From positions 128,001-192,000 of IMG/VR virus record IMGVR_UViG_3300049988_000124: a DNA stretch of 64,000 bases. The stretch is one strand, 5' to 3'. Positions 55,893-64,000 of this stretch are shown here, piece by piece. This stretch comes from a virus. Lineage: Duplodnaviria; Caudoviricetes. The translations under genes and the position numbers were made by a program. The number at the start of each line of letters is the position of its first letter. Within the stretch, counting starts at the first letter, position 1. The notes under the pieces are model-generated. The model was given only the letters and a program-made list of their open reading frames with translations, had not been told where the DNA came from and made no database searches.

Positions 55893-55898
55893 TATGAC
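55893..55898 (+). promoter_or_regulatory. Late-type promoter motif TATGAC
   Basis: About 27 nt before head-protein ATG 55925. Confidence 0.55.
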
Positions 55899-55924
55899 CA
55901 CATTTTCCACTAGAAGGATACGTA

Positions 55925-57052
55925 ATGTCTGACGTTGCTCAGGAAATCTCTACCGACTACGATATCGACAGCCAGCCCGTTCGTGACATCGAAGACCCGC
56001 TGGGTGAGTGCGATCAGGAGATGATTGAGATCGAGTCGCTCGACCAGGAGATCGACCAGCTGATGCAGGTAACGATCGCGATCGAGAATTACGGCATGGA
56101 TCCCAGCACCTTCGGTGTCCTGAAGGCAACCAATCTTCTCTCGGGTACCTCACTCGACGTTCTGGGGATGGAGAACTTTGCTAACCAGGATGCGGACAAG
56201 CTAGAGTCCGCTATGGCCACTGAGTCACTTATTGAGAAGATCAAGGAGAAGGCTGCTGCCTGGGCTGCTAAGATCATCGGTTTCACCAAGTCCTCGCTCA
56301 ACGCTGTTCTGGGAATGCTGACCAAGATCAAGGATCAGATTGTCGAGAAGGGCACAGCGCTCGTCACGGCAACCTGGGACGCAGCGAAGTCCGGTGCTCG
56401 CGTAGTCAAGGCTCACCCGTACAAGACAGTTATTGCAGCGATCGGTACAGCGGCTGCCATCATGGGCGTGGTTGCATTGATGGCTGCTCCTGGTACTTAC
56501 GCCAGTGTTGACTCACTGAGGGCATTCGCCGTTAAGCTGCGCGATGCGGTCGCTAACATCAAGCCTCCCTTCAACAAGGTAAAGGTTGAGATGGTGGATG
56601 GTAAGTTCTTCAACTCCGCAATCGTAGTCGACGTCGCCAATGGTGTTGAAACCGTGACATCGACGACCGCGATTACTACGACGTATAGTCAGGTTGAGCT
56701 TGGTTGGACACAGTCGGCCGTGAAGCTCGCGCTTGCTCAGTTCAGTAAGCTCTGGAATACCACCAAAGCAGCGCTGACTGCAATTCCTGGTAAGGTCGTA
56801 GAGATCGCCAAGAAGATCAACAACATGGGTGGTGGTGATGCAGCTACCAGTGTTCAGAACGTGGTGGCTGAGAAGACTGGCTCACCACTCACCGGTTGGG
56901 CTGCTAACAAGGTTGTTGACAGGATCTACACCACGCTACTCTTCAGCATCGTGGGTGTTGTTTACTCACTCTTGAAGGACGTGGTCCTGAAGGCATATCG
57001 CAGTGTTCAGGAAACCTTTGGTGCGCTAAAGGCTGAACCCAAGACGACATAA
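55925..57052 (+). CDS. Putative head/ejection protein, paralog of 1550..2554
   Basis: Acidic propeptide-like N-terminus; LGME-N and MATE-S motifs; EKAAAWAAKII; KAHPYKTV. Confidence 0.65.
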   Translation: MSDVAQEISTDYDIDSQPVRDIEDPLGECDQEMIEIESLDQEIDQLMQVTIAIENYGMDPSTFGVLKATNLLSGTSLDVLGMENFANQDADKLESAMATESLIEKIKEKAAAWAAKIIGFTKSSLNAVLGMLTKIKDQIVEKGTALVTATWDAAKSGARVVKAHPYKTVIAAIGTAAAIMGVVALMAAPGTYASVDSLRAFAVKLRDAVANIKPPFNKVKVEMVDGKFFNSAIVVDVANGVETVTSTTAITTTYSQVELGWTQSAVKLALAQFSKLWNTTKAALTAIPGKVVEIAKKINNMGGGDAATSVQNVVAEKTGSPLTGWAANKVVDRIYTTLLFSIVGVVYSLLKDVVLKAYRSVQETFGALKAEPKTT

Positions 57053-57060
57053 CCAATGAG

Positions 57061-57092
57061 ATTAGAGAGAGGGCAGTTGCCCTCTCTCTAAT
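57061..57092. terminator. Bidirectional hairpin
   Basis: Perfect 14-bp stem ATTAGAGAGAGGGC-AGTT-GCCCTCTCTCTAAT between convergent genes. Confidence 0.75.
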
Positions 57093-57095
57093 CCA

Positions 57096-57248
57096 CTATG
57101 CTTCATTTTTTGACTGACGACCAAGTGTATAAGCTTTCGTTAGTGCTTCTCTGGTCTTTTCTTCCAGCCACCAACCTACCTCAAGACTTGCCAGGATAGA
57201 TTCGATCGCTTTCTTGTCAGCCTCGGTTAGATCCACCGTGTCTGTCAT
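57096..57248 (-). CDS. Small hypothetical protein (50 aa)
   Basis: Not in track. MTDTVDLTEADKKAIESILASLEVGWW; ATGA overlap; GGAGG RBS. Confidence 0.6.
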   Translation of the reverse strand: MTDTVDLTEADKKAIESILASLEVGWWLEEKTREALTKAYTLGRQSKNEA

Positions 57249-57691
57249 GTGACCTCCGTGGTCATGGGAGGAGCAGTGATGGCCTGGTAAACCAGCTTAC
57301 ACTGAACATCCATCGGTACTACTTCATTGTTGTCACTACCATCCAGCGTCTCAGTGATCCACGTTGGAATAGGAAGACCAAGGAAGGTCAGATGGGCAGT
57401 GAGCCGACGAGGCGTGCTTGGACCAGTAAACCCTACCCAAGCGATGATCTCTTGAGCAAGCTTGTTGTTGGTAATGTAAGAAAGACCAGCGATGGTCAAC
57501 TGGTGATTGGTGCGCTGTTGTGCAAAAAGAAAAACCAGGGAATTTAGATTACCATTCTCTTCATACTCGTGCTTGAGATCGTTGAAGAGATCTTCTTTCT
57601 TCTTACCAAACATCTGGGCGGCGAAATACTTGGCCGTGACCATGAAATCTTCATCCAAGATCTCAATCTCAGAGGCAGGTGTCTGTGTCAT
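57245..57691 (-). CDS. Hypothetical protein
   Basis: 148 aa. Confidence 0.6.
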   Translation of the reverse strand: MTQTPASEIEILDEDFMVTAKYFAAQMFGKKKEDLFNDLKHEYEENGNLNSLVFLFAQQRTNHQLTIAGLSYITNNKLAQEIIAWVGFTGPSTPRRLTAHLTFLGLPIPTWITETLDGSDNNEVVPMDVQCKLVYQAITAPPMTTEVT

Positions 57692-57700
57692 GACAAACCT

Positions 57701-57964
57701 TTAATTCAAGCTACCAAACAGGTACAGACTCAAACCCGACATAGCCGACAGGCTGATCACTCCGAACATGAACCAGCGAAACCGACTGGGTGATTCGAGG
57801 TAGGCCTGTTCCCGACCCGCTTCGAATGCTTCATCATACTCGCACTGGCTAATCTGACGACGGGTGAAATCGAAGTGCTGGCGCTCTTCACGGCGCGCCT
57901 CGGCGCGAACTTGTGCTAGGATACCATTAGGCATTCCGGCAACCTTTGATGTAAACGGGTCCAT
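57701..57964 (-). CDS. C-anchored protein with AxxxG repeats
   Basis: YDEAFEAGREQAY; C-terminal TM. Confidence 0.6.
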   Translation of the reverse strand: MDPFTSKVAGMPNGILAQVRAEARREERQHFDFTRRQISQCEYDEAFEAGREQAYLESPSRFRWFMFGVISLSAMSGLSLYLFGSLN

Positions 57965-57996
57965 GGTAGAAATCCTTCATGTGTAAAATAACCAAC

Positions 57997-58491
57997 TTAC
58001 TTCTTTCGTGTCATAAAGAATGCGGCAACACCCAGCGTTGCACCAAATAGGGCGTAGGGAACAGTGTTGGGTCGCGAACTATCACCGTCGACGAATCCCT
58101 CGCCGTAACCTTCTAGGTACTGGTCTTTCTGTGCTTTAGTCTGGCCGTGCTTATAGCCTTCATCGTAGCCTGCTTTTCTAGCGAGATCAATGATTGACTT
58201 AACGTTGGTGGGATCGCGCGACTGGTCTGCGTCATAGTCTTGGCGAACTTGCAACCAGTAATGCTGAACTGACTTGAACCGGTCAAGGATCCGGCTGAAG
58301 TAGGCACTGTCACTAGACTTGGGAGCATGCTTGCTCTGATCCAGAAGGGCTGCATTAACGCGCAGTACCGACTCTTCCAATTCATCAAACGCGTAGGTAG
58401 TCGCTTCTCTCAGGTGCTCTTGTCTCACCGGAGTATTGGGATGGGATGCCATGGTAAATGTTCCTAGCGGCGATGTGTTGTTGCTTGGCAA
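57997..58491 (-). CDS. C-anchored protein with GxxxG (FliH/Yae1-like) repeats
   Basis: AGYDEGYKHG...YLEGYGEGFVDG; C-terminal TM; start may be 58452. Confidence 0.6.
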   Translation of the reverse strand: MPSNNTSPLGTFTMASHPNTPVRQEHLREATTYAFDELEESVLRVNAALLDQSKHAPKSSDSAYFSRILDRFKSVQHYWLQVRQDYDADQSRDPTNVKSIIDLARKAGYDEGYKHGQTKAQKDQYLEGYGEGFVDGDSSRPNTVPYALFGATLGVAAFFMTRKK

Positions 58492-58727
58492 GGAGGTGGT
58501 CGACGCTTGCCGCTCATGGGACCACCACGCTCATAAGCATCGTCTTCCAACTCCGACAAACAAGTGCAAGCTACAGTGTTAAAGTTAATCAGACCTGCCT
58601 TTATCTTGGCGTGTTCGAGTGCCGTGAGAATGGCTCTACTCTCAGATGTACCAAAACCATAGAAGTCGGCCATCACTTGAATTTCTCTGCAAAGTATTTC
58701 AACTGTGTCCATGGCTATTCTCCTCAC
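58464..58727 (-). CDS. Hypothetical protein
   Basis: AGGAG RBS before internal ATG (MDTVEIL). Confidence 0.5.
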   Translation of the reverse strand: MRRIAMDTVEILCREIQVMADFYGFGTSESRAILTALEHAKIKAGLINFNTVACTCLSELEDDAYERGGPMSGKRRPPPCQATTHRR

Positions 58728-58762
58728 ACCATGTAAGAAAGATAAAGTTGTAAAAAAGAGAC

Positions 58763-58780
58763 AGGAGCCTTTCGACTCCT
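58763..58780 (-). terminator. Short hairpin terminator
   Basis: AGGAG-CCTTTCGA-CTCCT with T tract on minus strand. Confidence 0.45.
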
Positions 58781-58784
58781 ATCC

Positions 58785-59228
58785 CTAATTGTTCACGGTA
58801 GATTCTTCTTGATGTTTATCAACGAACGCAAAGAGAACAGCTGCACACAATGCTAACGTGTCTACTTCTGGATGCTCCCCGACAAACATGGTTGGGTTCT
58901 TCTTCGAGCTCGTGAAGATTGTCAGAAAAGCACGGTAACTGCCGTCTGGTTTACGAAGCACGCCGTAATGAGTAAAGTCACCGACAAATCGAGTGAGCCA
59001 TTTTAGATCATCAAGTGAGGTGGTGAACTTGGGTTGTAGTGGTTTACTGTTCCCTGATAAGGACACCGAAGGATAACCACTAATACTATCCTTCGGTAGA
59101 GAGTATCGATCAGACCATCCAAGTGCTTGAATAATCTTGTCGTTTAGATAATAGAAATTACCTGTCTCATCAACAGCAGTCTGACACGCTTGAGCCAGAG
59201 ATTGTAGGCTGAGTAAACAAATAGCCAT
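58785..59228 (-). CDS. Phage ABA-sandwich-like protein, paralog of 59232..59666
   Basis: LNDKI..ALGW...FTTSLD...ALCAAVL. Confidence 0.5.
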   Translation of the reverse strand: MAICLLSLQSLAQACQTAVDETGNFYYLNDKIIQALGWSDRYSLPKDSISGYPSVSLSGNSKPLQPKFTTSLDDLKWLTRFVGDFTHYGVLRKPDGSYRAFLTIFTSSKKNPTMFVGEHPEVDTLALCAAVLFAFVDKHQEESTVNN

Positions 59229-59231
59229 TAC

Positions 59232-59666
59232 CTACACACTCGCGTTATTGGCTTCTTGTTTCACAGCAAGAGCAAACAGAATACTAGCAAATAGTGCACC
59301 TACTTCTGTGTAAGCATCCGCACCTACGCTTCCACCATCCCACTCTACAGAAGCGGTCCATGCGTTGGGCCCCTTCTTTACGACGTAATAAGCGTATTTA
59401 TCACTGAGCATGTCAAGAGGGATGGTAATAAGAGACAGGTCTTCAGTGAACCGAGGAAGTACATCATACTCAACAAAACGAGACTGCCTGTGAACATCCG
59501 GCTTGGTGGTGACCCAGTAGAGCGTCTCTTCTGCGTTGACATCGTGCTTAAGCTTCCAACCGAACAGTAGTGCAATGTTCAAGTTAAGATGGGCACCATC
59601 TTCTCCTGATTTGATTGCCATACAGTCGGTGGCAAGTTCACGAGCAATCTTGGGATCAATAGTCAT
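59232..59666 (-). CDS. Phage ABA-sandwich-like protein
   Basis: LNLNIALLFGW...PRFTEDL...AWTASV...ALFASIL. Confidence 0.5.
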   Translation of the reverse strand: MTIDPKIARELATDCMAIKSGEDGAHLNLNIALLFGWKLKHDVNAEETLYWVTTKPDVHRQSRFVEYDVLPRFTEDLSLITIPLDMLSDKYAYYVVKKGPNAWTASVEWDGGSVGADAYTEVGALFASILFALAVKQEANNASV

Positions 59667-59673
59667 CGTTCGT

Positions 59674-61842
59674 TTATCCTAACAATGCCGTGGACGGATC
59701 AAAGAAGTCACTGACGAGACCATTGCAGCGAATGTCCACCGTACCGATACCAAGTGCATCGAGGAAGTGGTAATAGCCTGCCATGACCTGCGAGATATGC
59801 GCTCTGATATCCATCACACTCAAGAAGAAAGGCTGCAACTGCCCTTTAAACGGAGGGATGTAGATCGCACTGATGTTGCGACCTTTATTGTCCTCCAAGA
59901 AGCGAACCAACCGGGCATGAGTCTCTGGATGATCCTTCTCCATCTGCGCCATGAACACTTCATTCTTGAAAAGGCGCATGCCGCCCTTCAAGGGGATCTT
60001 GAAGCATTTGTTCGGGATCACCATTTCGCCGTACTCAGGCGCGAACACTTCCTGCCAGAATTTGTAGTAGAAGTAGTTCGACTGCATGGGATCAGCGTAA
60101 TCCTCCTTGCGTCTCACCGACACCGTCTGCAAGAAGTCCGACTCCCGCTTGTCGTGGATCGAGGTAAAGATCGACTGCTCCACGCCTGCGACGTGCTGGA
60201 GGATGGACCCGGCCCGAATAGGTTCTGCCTTCTCAATGACGGCAAAGAGATTGACGACAAATTCCTCGAAGCCTTTCACCACGAGCTTAGGATAGGTCGA
60301 GCTACGAAAGCCCACGCCCTTGATGTCCTTGCGTGGATTGGGAAGAAGGGAGCCTTCCTGCATCGTTGCAATTGCCAGATAGTGCTTGGCCAAAGCGGTC
60401 ACGATCACGATGGGATAGAGGAACTCATTCTTCATCGAGATGCGGAAGACGTCCTTACCCTCTACCCCGAAGCCTGCTGACAGCCTGGCAAAGATATGCT
60501 CGAGCGACTGCGACAAGATAAACACGACGAGCGCGTTCATCTGGTAAGACTCCTGACTAAAGTCGATCTTACCCCGCTTCCAGCGAATGAGCTCCTGGGT
60601 CGAGAAGATGTTGGAGTCCGTATCGGACAGGGGAACCGTGTAGCGCGCCATCTTGTGCTGCATGACTAGCCGTGAGAAAGTCGTCTCAATCCGCAAGATA
60701 GGACGAAGGATCCGCAGGTGTGGTTCGAAGTTCTGAACAAAGTGACGACAGCAGTAGATGAATTCTTTCAAGCCTTCCGGATTGTTCTTGGCTGCATCCT
60801 TCAAGCTGTTCCACTTATCTTCGGTACCAGGCTTGTTACCGAGGCGACGATAGTCCGTGGCAAGGACGGCGTTGACGACGTCACCTGGGTACTTCTTCAG
60901 CTCACCCGGGTTGACGTCCGCCACGAGGAGGGGATCAATGTCGCCGTGGATGAAGCAGGAGTCGATCCACCCACGCATCATCTCCTCATTATAGCGGCAC
61001 AGATTGTTCAGGCAGCCTGCGTAGAAGACGTAGGCCCGCTCTACTTCCGTGAGGTTGCTGATGATCTTGACGAGGTCATGATCGTCGAGTTTGGTGGTGT
61101 AATTCTTAACCGAGGTGATAAGGTAGGTGGCGACTTGGCCGACACTCGGTGAGTATAAGGTTCCATCGAGAATGAGGGGACCAAAGTCTACCGGGACGTG
61201 GCGAGCATGGTTGATCACGTAGGTGATGGCATCGCGCATCTGGGGAAGGTAGAGGTTCCCGTTTACCGCACGCTCAATGAAGCTGTAACCCTGCTTCACA
61301 CTCATCCGGCCAGACGAGGTGATCGAGTTAAAGCCAGCCTTACACGACATGATGAACTGCTTCATTGCCATGCCGCCTGCAATGGCATTATTGAAGATCT
61401 TGGCGTTGGCCTGGTTCTGATAGTAGTATTGTGCTTCGCGCTTCTCACCTTGCGCTTCGTGCATCAGATACTGCTTCTTGAAGGCGTTACGTTCTCTCAC
61501 CTTCTCATCAATACTGATGCGCAAGTATGATTCTTTGCGCGAGACTGGATGGTAGCAGGTGCCAGAGGGAGCAAGGTTGTTATCCTTCACTACCTCTAGA
61601 ACGTAGCGATCTAGATCCATCGTGACTTCTTTGGTGTCCCCTTCCCTGGGGTGTACCAGAGCCTCGACTTGCGGAGTCTTGTAGTTCTCGCGGATCTTTT
61701 CCTTAACGAACCCCTCGATTGTGTCGTGGGGGATATGGGGGTATTTCAGCTGCAGGTAACGGCTCATTCCTGCCAAATAGTTGGTCAGGAGGTTGGGGCG
61801 TTGTCTCTCTACGGCGTAGTCTGGATTGCGAATGTATGTCAC
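59674..61842 (-). CDS. Family-B DNA polymerase, polymerase subunit (phiKZ gp50-like)
   Basis: KIFNNA (KxxxN), NSITSSGR and SDTDS motifs; 722 aa; no exonuclease domain, as expected for the split phiKZ polymerase. Confidence 0.85.
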   Translation of the reverse strand: MTYIRNPDYAVERQRPNLLTNYLAGMSRYLQLKYPHIPHDTIEGFVKEKIRENYKTPQVEALVHPREGDTKEVTMDLDRYVLEVVKDNNLAPSGTCYHPVSRKESYLRISIDEKVRERNAFKKQYLMHEAQGEKREAQYYYQNQANAKIFNNAIAGGMAMKQFIMSCKAGFNSITSSGRMSVKQGYSFIERAVNGNLYLPQMRDAITYVINHARHVPVDFGPLILDGTLYSPSVGQVATYLITSVKNYTTKLDDHDLVKIISNLTEVERAYVFYAGCLNNLCRYNEEMMRGWIDSCFIHGDIDPLLVADVNPGELKKYPGDVVNAVLATDYRRLGNKPGTEDKWNSLKDAAKNNPEGLKEFIYCCRHFVQNFEPHLRILRPILRIETTFSRLVMQHKMARYTVPLSDTDSNIFSTQELIRWKRGKIDFSQESYQMNALVVFILSQSLEHIFARLSAGFGVEGKDVFRISMKNEFLYPIVIVTALAKHYLAIATMQEGSLLPNPRKDIKGVGFRSSTYPKLVVKGFEEFVVNLFAVIEKAEPIRAGSILQHVAGVEQSIFTSIHDKRESDFLQTVSVRRKEDYADPMQSNYFYYKFWQEVFAPEYGEMVIPNKCFKIPLKGGMRLFKNEVFMAQMEKDHPETHARLVRFLEDNKGRNISAIYIPPFKGQLQPFFLSVMDIRAHISQVMAGYYHFLDALGIGTVDIRCNGLVSDFFDPSTALLG

Positions 61843-62035
61843 AGGCCTACCTCGAATGTATAAATCATCACCGACTCAAATCATCGTTACCTCAAATGAA
61901 ATAAGAAAAAACCAACAACCTTTTTTAAGTCTACTCTATGGCGTACTCGTACGTGGCCGCATTTAAACATATAAAGATAAATAGCCCAGTACCCACCACG
62001 TTATTGGACAAGGTTAGGAAATCGGATATTTTACC

Positions 62036-62305
62036 ATGACAACTACGACGGAAGATACCTCACTCGTTAGTGGTGAGATTGACAACCACAAGCAGAACAT
62101 TAACAATTGGGCTGATACCATTCAGAACCAGAAGGTGCCTGAATCCAGGAAAGGCGTGAACGACCGCTTCGTTCGCGATTGCAAGCAGCTCGTTGCTTAT
62201 CTCGATGAGTCTGATTCTCCCTCCTCAGCCGACCTCGTTGACTTCGAGGATCGTCACAACAGCTTGGAAGTGCAGTTCCATCAGCTGAGTGACGACGCTC
62301 AGTGA
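62036..62305 (+). CDS. Small acidic helical protein
   Basis: 89 aa; GTGA overlap with next gene. Confidence 0.6.
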   Translation: MTTTTEDTSLVSGEIDNHKQNINNWADTIQNQKVPESRKGVNDRFVRDCKQLVAYLDESDSPSSADLVDFEDRHNSLEVQFHQLSDDAQ

Positions 62306-63237
62306 GTGAGGAGCTCCTGAACGATGAGTCGGTAGCAGAAGAAGAAGTAACGACGGGTAAGAAGAAAAAGGCCAAAGTCCCGAAAGAACCCAAAGCCAAG
62401 AAGCGCCCGTCCGACTTCGAGATCTTCCGCACCATCCTTCAACGCACCTCCGAGCGCAAGCAAGCATTTCTCTTGAGGAACCTGGGTGAAGATCCAGACA
62501 TCCTCTTCTTGTGCTCGGCAGATGAAGCAGGATTTACGTTCGGATCTCCAGATCAAGCCATCTCCATGATCGAGTTCACTGATCTAGAACTCAAGTCGGT
62601 CGTGGATCATTACTTGGGTAAACTCCACGGTCTACAACCGGACAGAGAGATCAGCGGCTTCGTATGCCTGCGCGATCAAATCTCTGAATTGGGTAAAACC
62701 AAGGGGGAAGAGTTTACCGACGAGGTCTTTACGAACGAAGCAGGTTCTGCCTGGATCGTGCGGAAGGACAACAAGGATCGGTCCAAGCCGTTCTACTACG
62801 CGCTGGCCATCGACAGCCTCTTTCATGTTCAACTCGTTGCTGACTATTGCAAGAACTTCAGACCCTTGCTCGACGGCAACAATGCTGACTATCTCTACTA
62901 CCCCTATAGTCACGAGTCCAACGACACCGCATCCATCGTAACCCTCCCGCCTCGTGCGGAGTACCGCGACCATATGCTGGGTAAAGCCTATCCTCACGGC
63001 TTCAGGGCCATGATGACCAAGGGCTTGGATATCGCCATGACCAAGTGCGTGCGTGACGACTTTCCTTATCCCGTGGTGGATGAGGAGATCATCGTTTGGC
63101 ACGACGGGGGTAGTGCTTGTCAGCTCGTTCACCGGGTCGTCGCGCAAGGCTGGCGTATGATCACGGTGCGGCCTAATGCCATTCACGTACCCACTCCCCA
63201 AACACCTTTGCATCTCACAGGAAATCACCAGTTATGA
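62302..63237 (+). CDS. Hypothetical protein with basic N-terminal patch
   Basis: 311 aa; GKKKKAKVPKEPKAKKR; ATGA overlap with next gene. Confidence 0.65.
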   Translation: MSEELLNDESVAEEEVTTGKKKKAKVPKEPKAKKRPSDFEIFRTILQRTSERKQAFLLRNLGEDPDILFLCSADEAGFTFGSPDQAISMIEFTDLELKSVVDHYLGKLHGLQPDREISGFVCLRDQISELGKTKGEEFTDEVFTNEAGSAWIVRKDNKDRSKPFYYALAIDSLFHVQLVADYCKNFRPLLDGNNADYLYYPYSHESNDTASIVTLPPRAEYRDHMLGKAYPHGFRAMMTKGLDIAMTKCVRDDFPYPVVDEEIIVWHDGGSACQLVHRVVAQGWRMITVRPNAIHVPTPQTPLHLTGNHQL

Positions 63238-64000
63238 CTGACCAGTCAAACCAGGACGATCAGGATGACATCCTGAACGATCCTACCGATGTCACAGAGG
63301 AGTCAACAGCCAATGTTGCTCCTCCTGTTGATCCCGTCGCCGACGTGATCGACGAGGACGACACTGCTCCTGCCGACGCTCCTGCTGAAGCCAATGACGA
63401 GGACAACGTCGAGGCTGACGACGAGGATGAAGACGCCGAGATCACCAGCACCACTCAGATTCAGTACGATGACACGCTCATCGAGCTGCGCGGTGGTAGC
63501 ATGGAAGAGATCGAGGCGCTGCTCCAGGCAGCCAACGACACCCTCGGCTACAAGGCACTCGATGCTGATGTTCGCACAACAGGATCGTGGGCTAACATCC
63601 TTTATCGCATGCGCATGGATCCCAACTTCGAGGAGATCCGGTCGCAGAAGGCAATCTCGCTCTTCTCTCCTGAACAGCGAGCAATCCTTCAGGAAGTCGC
63701 GGTCGATGATAACGGCAAGGTCTCCTTCAAGGCCTCGGTCAAGCGTAACGAGGACGGCAAGATCGTTCTTCGTACCTCGCGCCTCAACAAGAAGCTGTCG
63801 ACTGGTGAGCGCAAGACCCTGACAGGTCAGGCAGCACTTCTGGCCTTTGAGACCGAAGGCAAGGGTGGCGGTTGGCGCGTACCGCTCTACAATTCTGGAC
63901 TGACGATCGATATCCTGGCACCGACGGGTAACGATTTCCAGACCATGCTCTACAATTGTTCGATCCTTGACCGAGAGATGGGCTCGCGCCTGGGTGCCCA
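63234..64000 (+). CDS. phiKZ gp52-like core protein, partial (runs off right edge)
   Basis: Not in track. Open frame from ATG 63234; acidic N-terminus; RVPLYNSGLTIDILAPT matches the remembered gp52-family IPLWHSG...AP motif. Confidence 0.65.
   Translation, partial: MTDQSNQDDQDDILNDPTDVTEESTANVAPPVDPVADVIDEDDTAPADAPAEANDEDNVEADDEDEDAEITSTTQIQYDDTLIELRGGSMEEIEALLQAANDTLGYKALDADVRTTGSWANILYRMRMDPNFEEIRSQKAISLFSPEQRAILQEVAVDDNGKVSFKASVKRNEDGKIVLRTSRLNKKLSTGERKTLTGQAALLAFETEGKGGGWRVPLYNSGLTIDILAPTGNDFQTMLYNCSILDREMGSRLGA

Noticed and set aside
3570-57990. TTTACAC near several starts as a middle promoter
   Set aside because: Spacing inconsistent and cannot be told from chance by eye
4921-58780. 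Hairpins as CRISPR or REP/MITE repeats
   Set aside because: Dispersed single copies at gene ends, with no repeat-spacer array or transposase
24498-61842. Introns, inteins or stop-codon reassignment in RNAP/DNAP genes
   Set aside because: ORFs are intact at expected sizes in the standard code, with no homing endonuclease or intein motifs

Overview
This window is a 64 kb segment of a phiKZ-like (Chimalliviridae-type) jumbo phage genome. Family calls come from remembered motifs and synteny; no database search was run. Core genes recognised: tail sheath and tail tube (+); portal (-) with gp128-like and gp127-like neighbours (+); gp26/27/28-like virion proteins; a gp123-like non-virion RNAP beta subunit; two virion RNAP subunits (gp149-like, gp80-like); RNase HI; a gp50-like family-B DNA polymerase; a gp52-like gene running off the right edge; and four paralogous head proteins with S/A/G-X-E protease motifs. 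Accessory tracts of small, minus-strand ORFs lie at about 19.2-22.5, 37.4-55.2 and 57.1-59.7 kb. They carry an OpgC-like AT3 acyltransferase, a Ser/Thr phosphatase, a GNAT-like protein, a papain-fold C-H-D protein, a five-repeat Tudor/SH3-like protein, about 7 copies of a 60-aa beta domain and many membrane-anchored mini-proteins. Three regulatory patterns are readable: TATATTAC-N4-GTG (early-type), TATGAC 21-35 nt before start codons (late-type), and a family of GAGGG/CCCTC hairpins. No tRNA, rRNA, CRISPR array, intron or intein was found.
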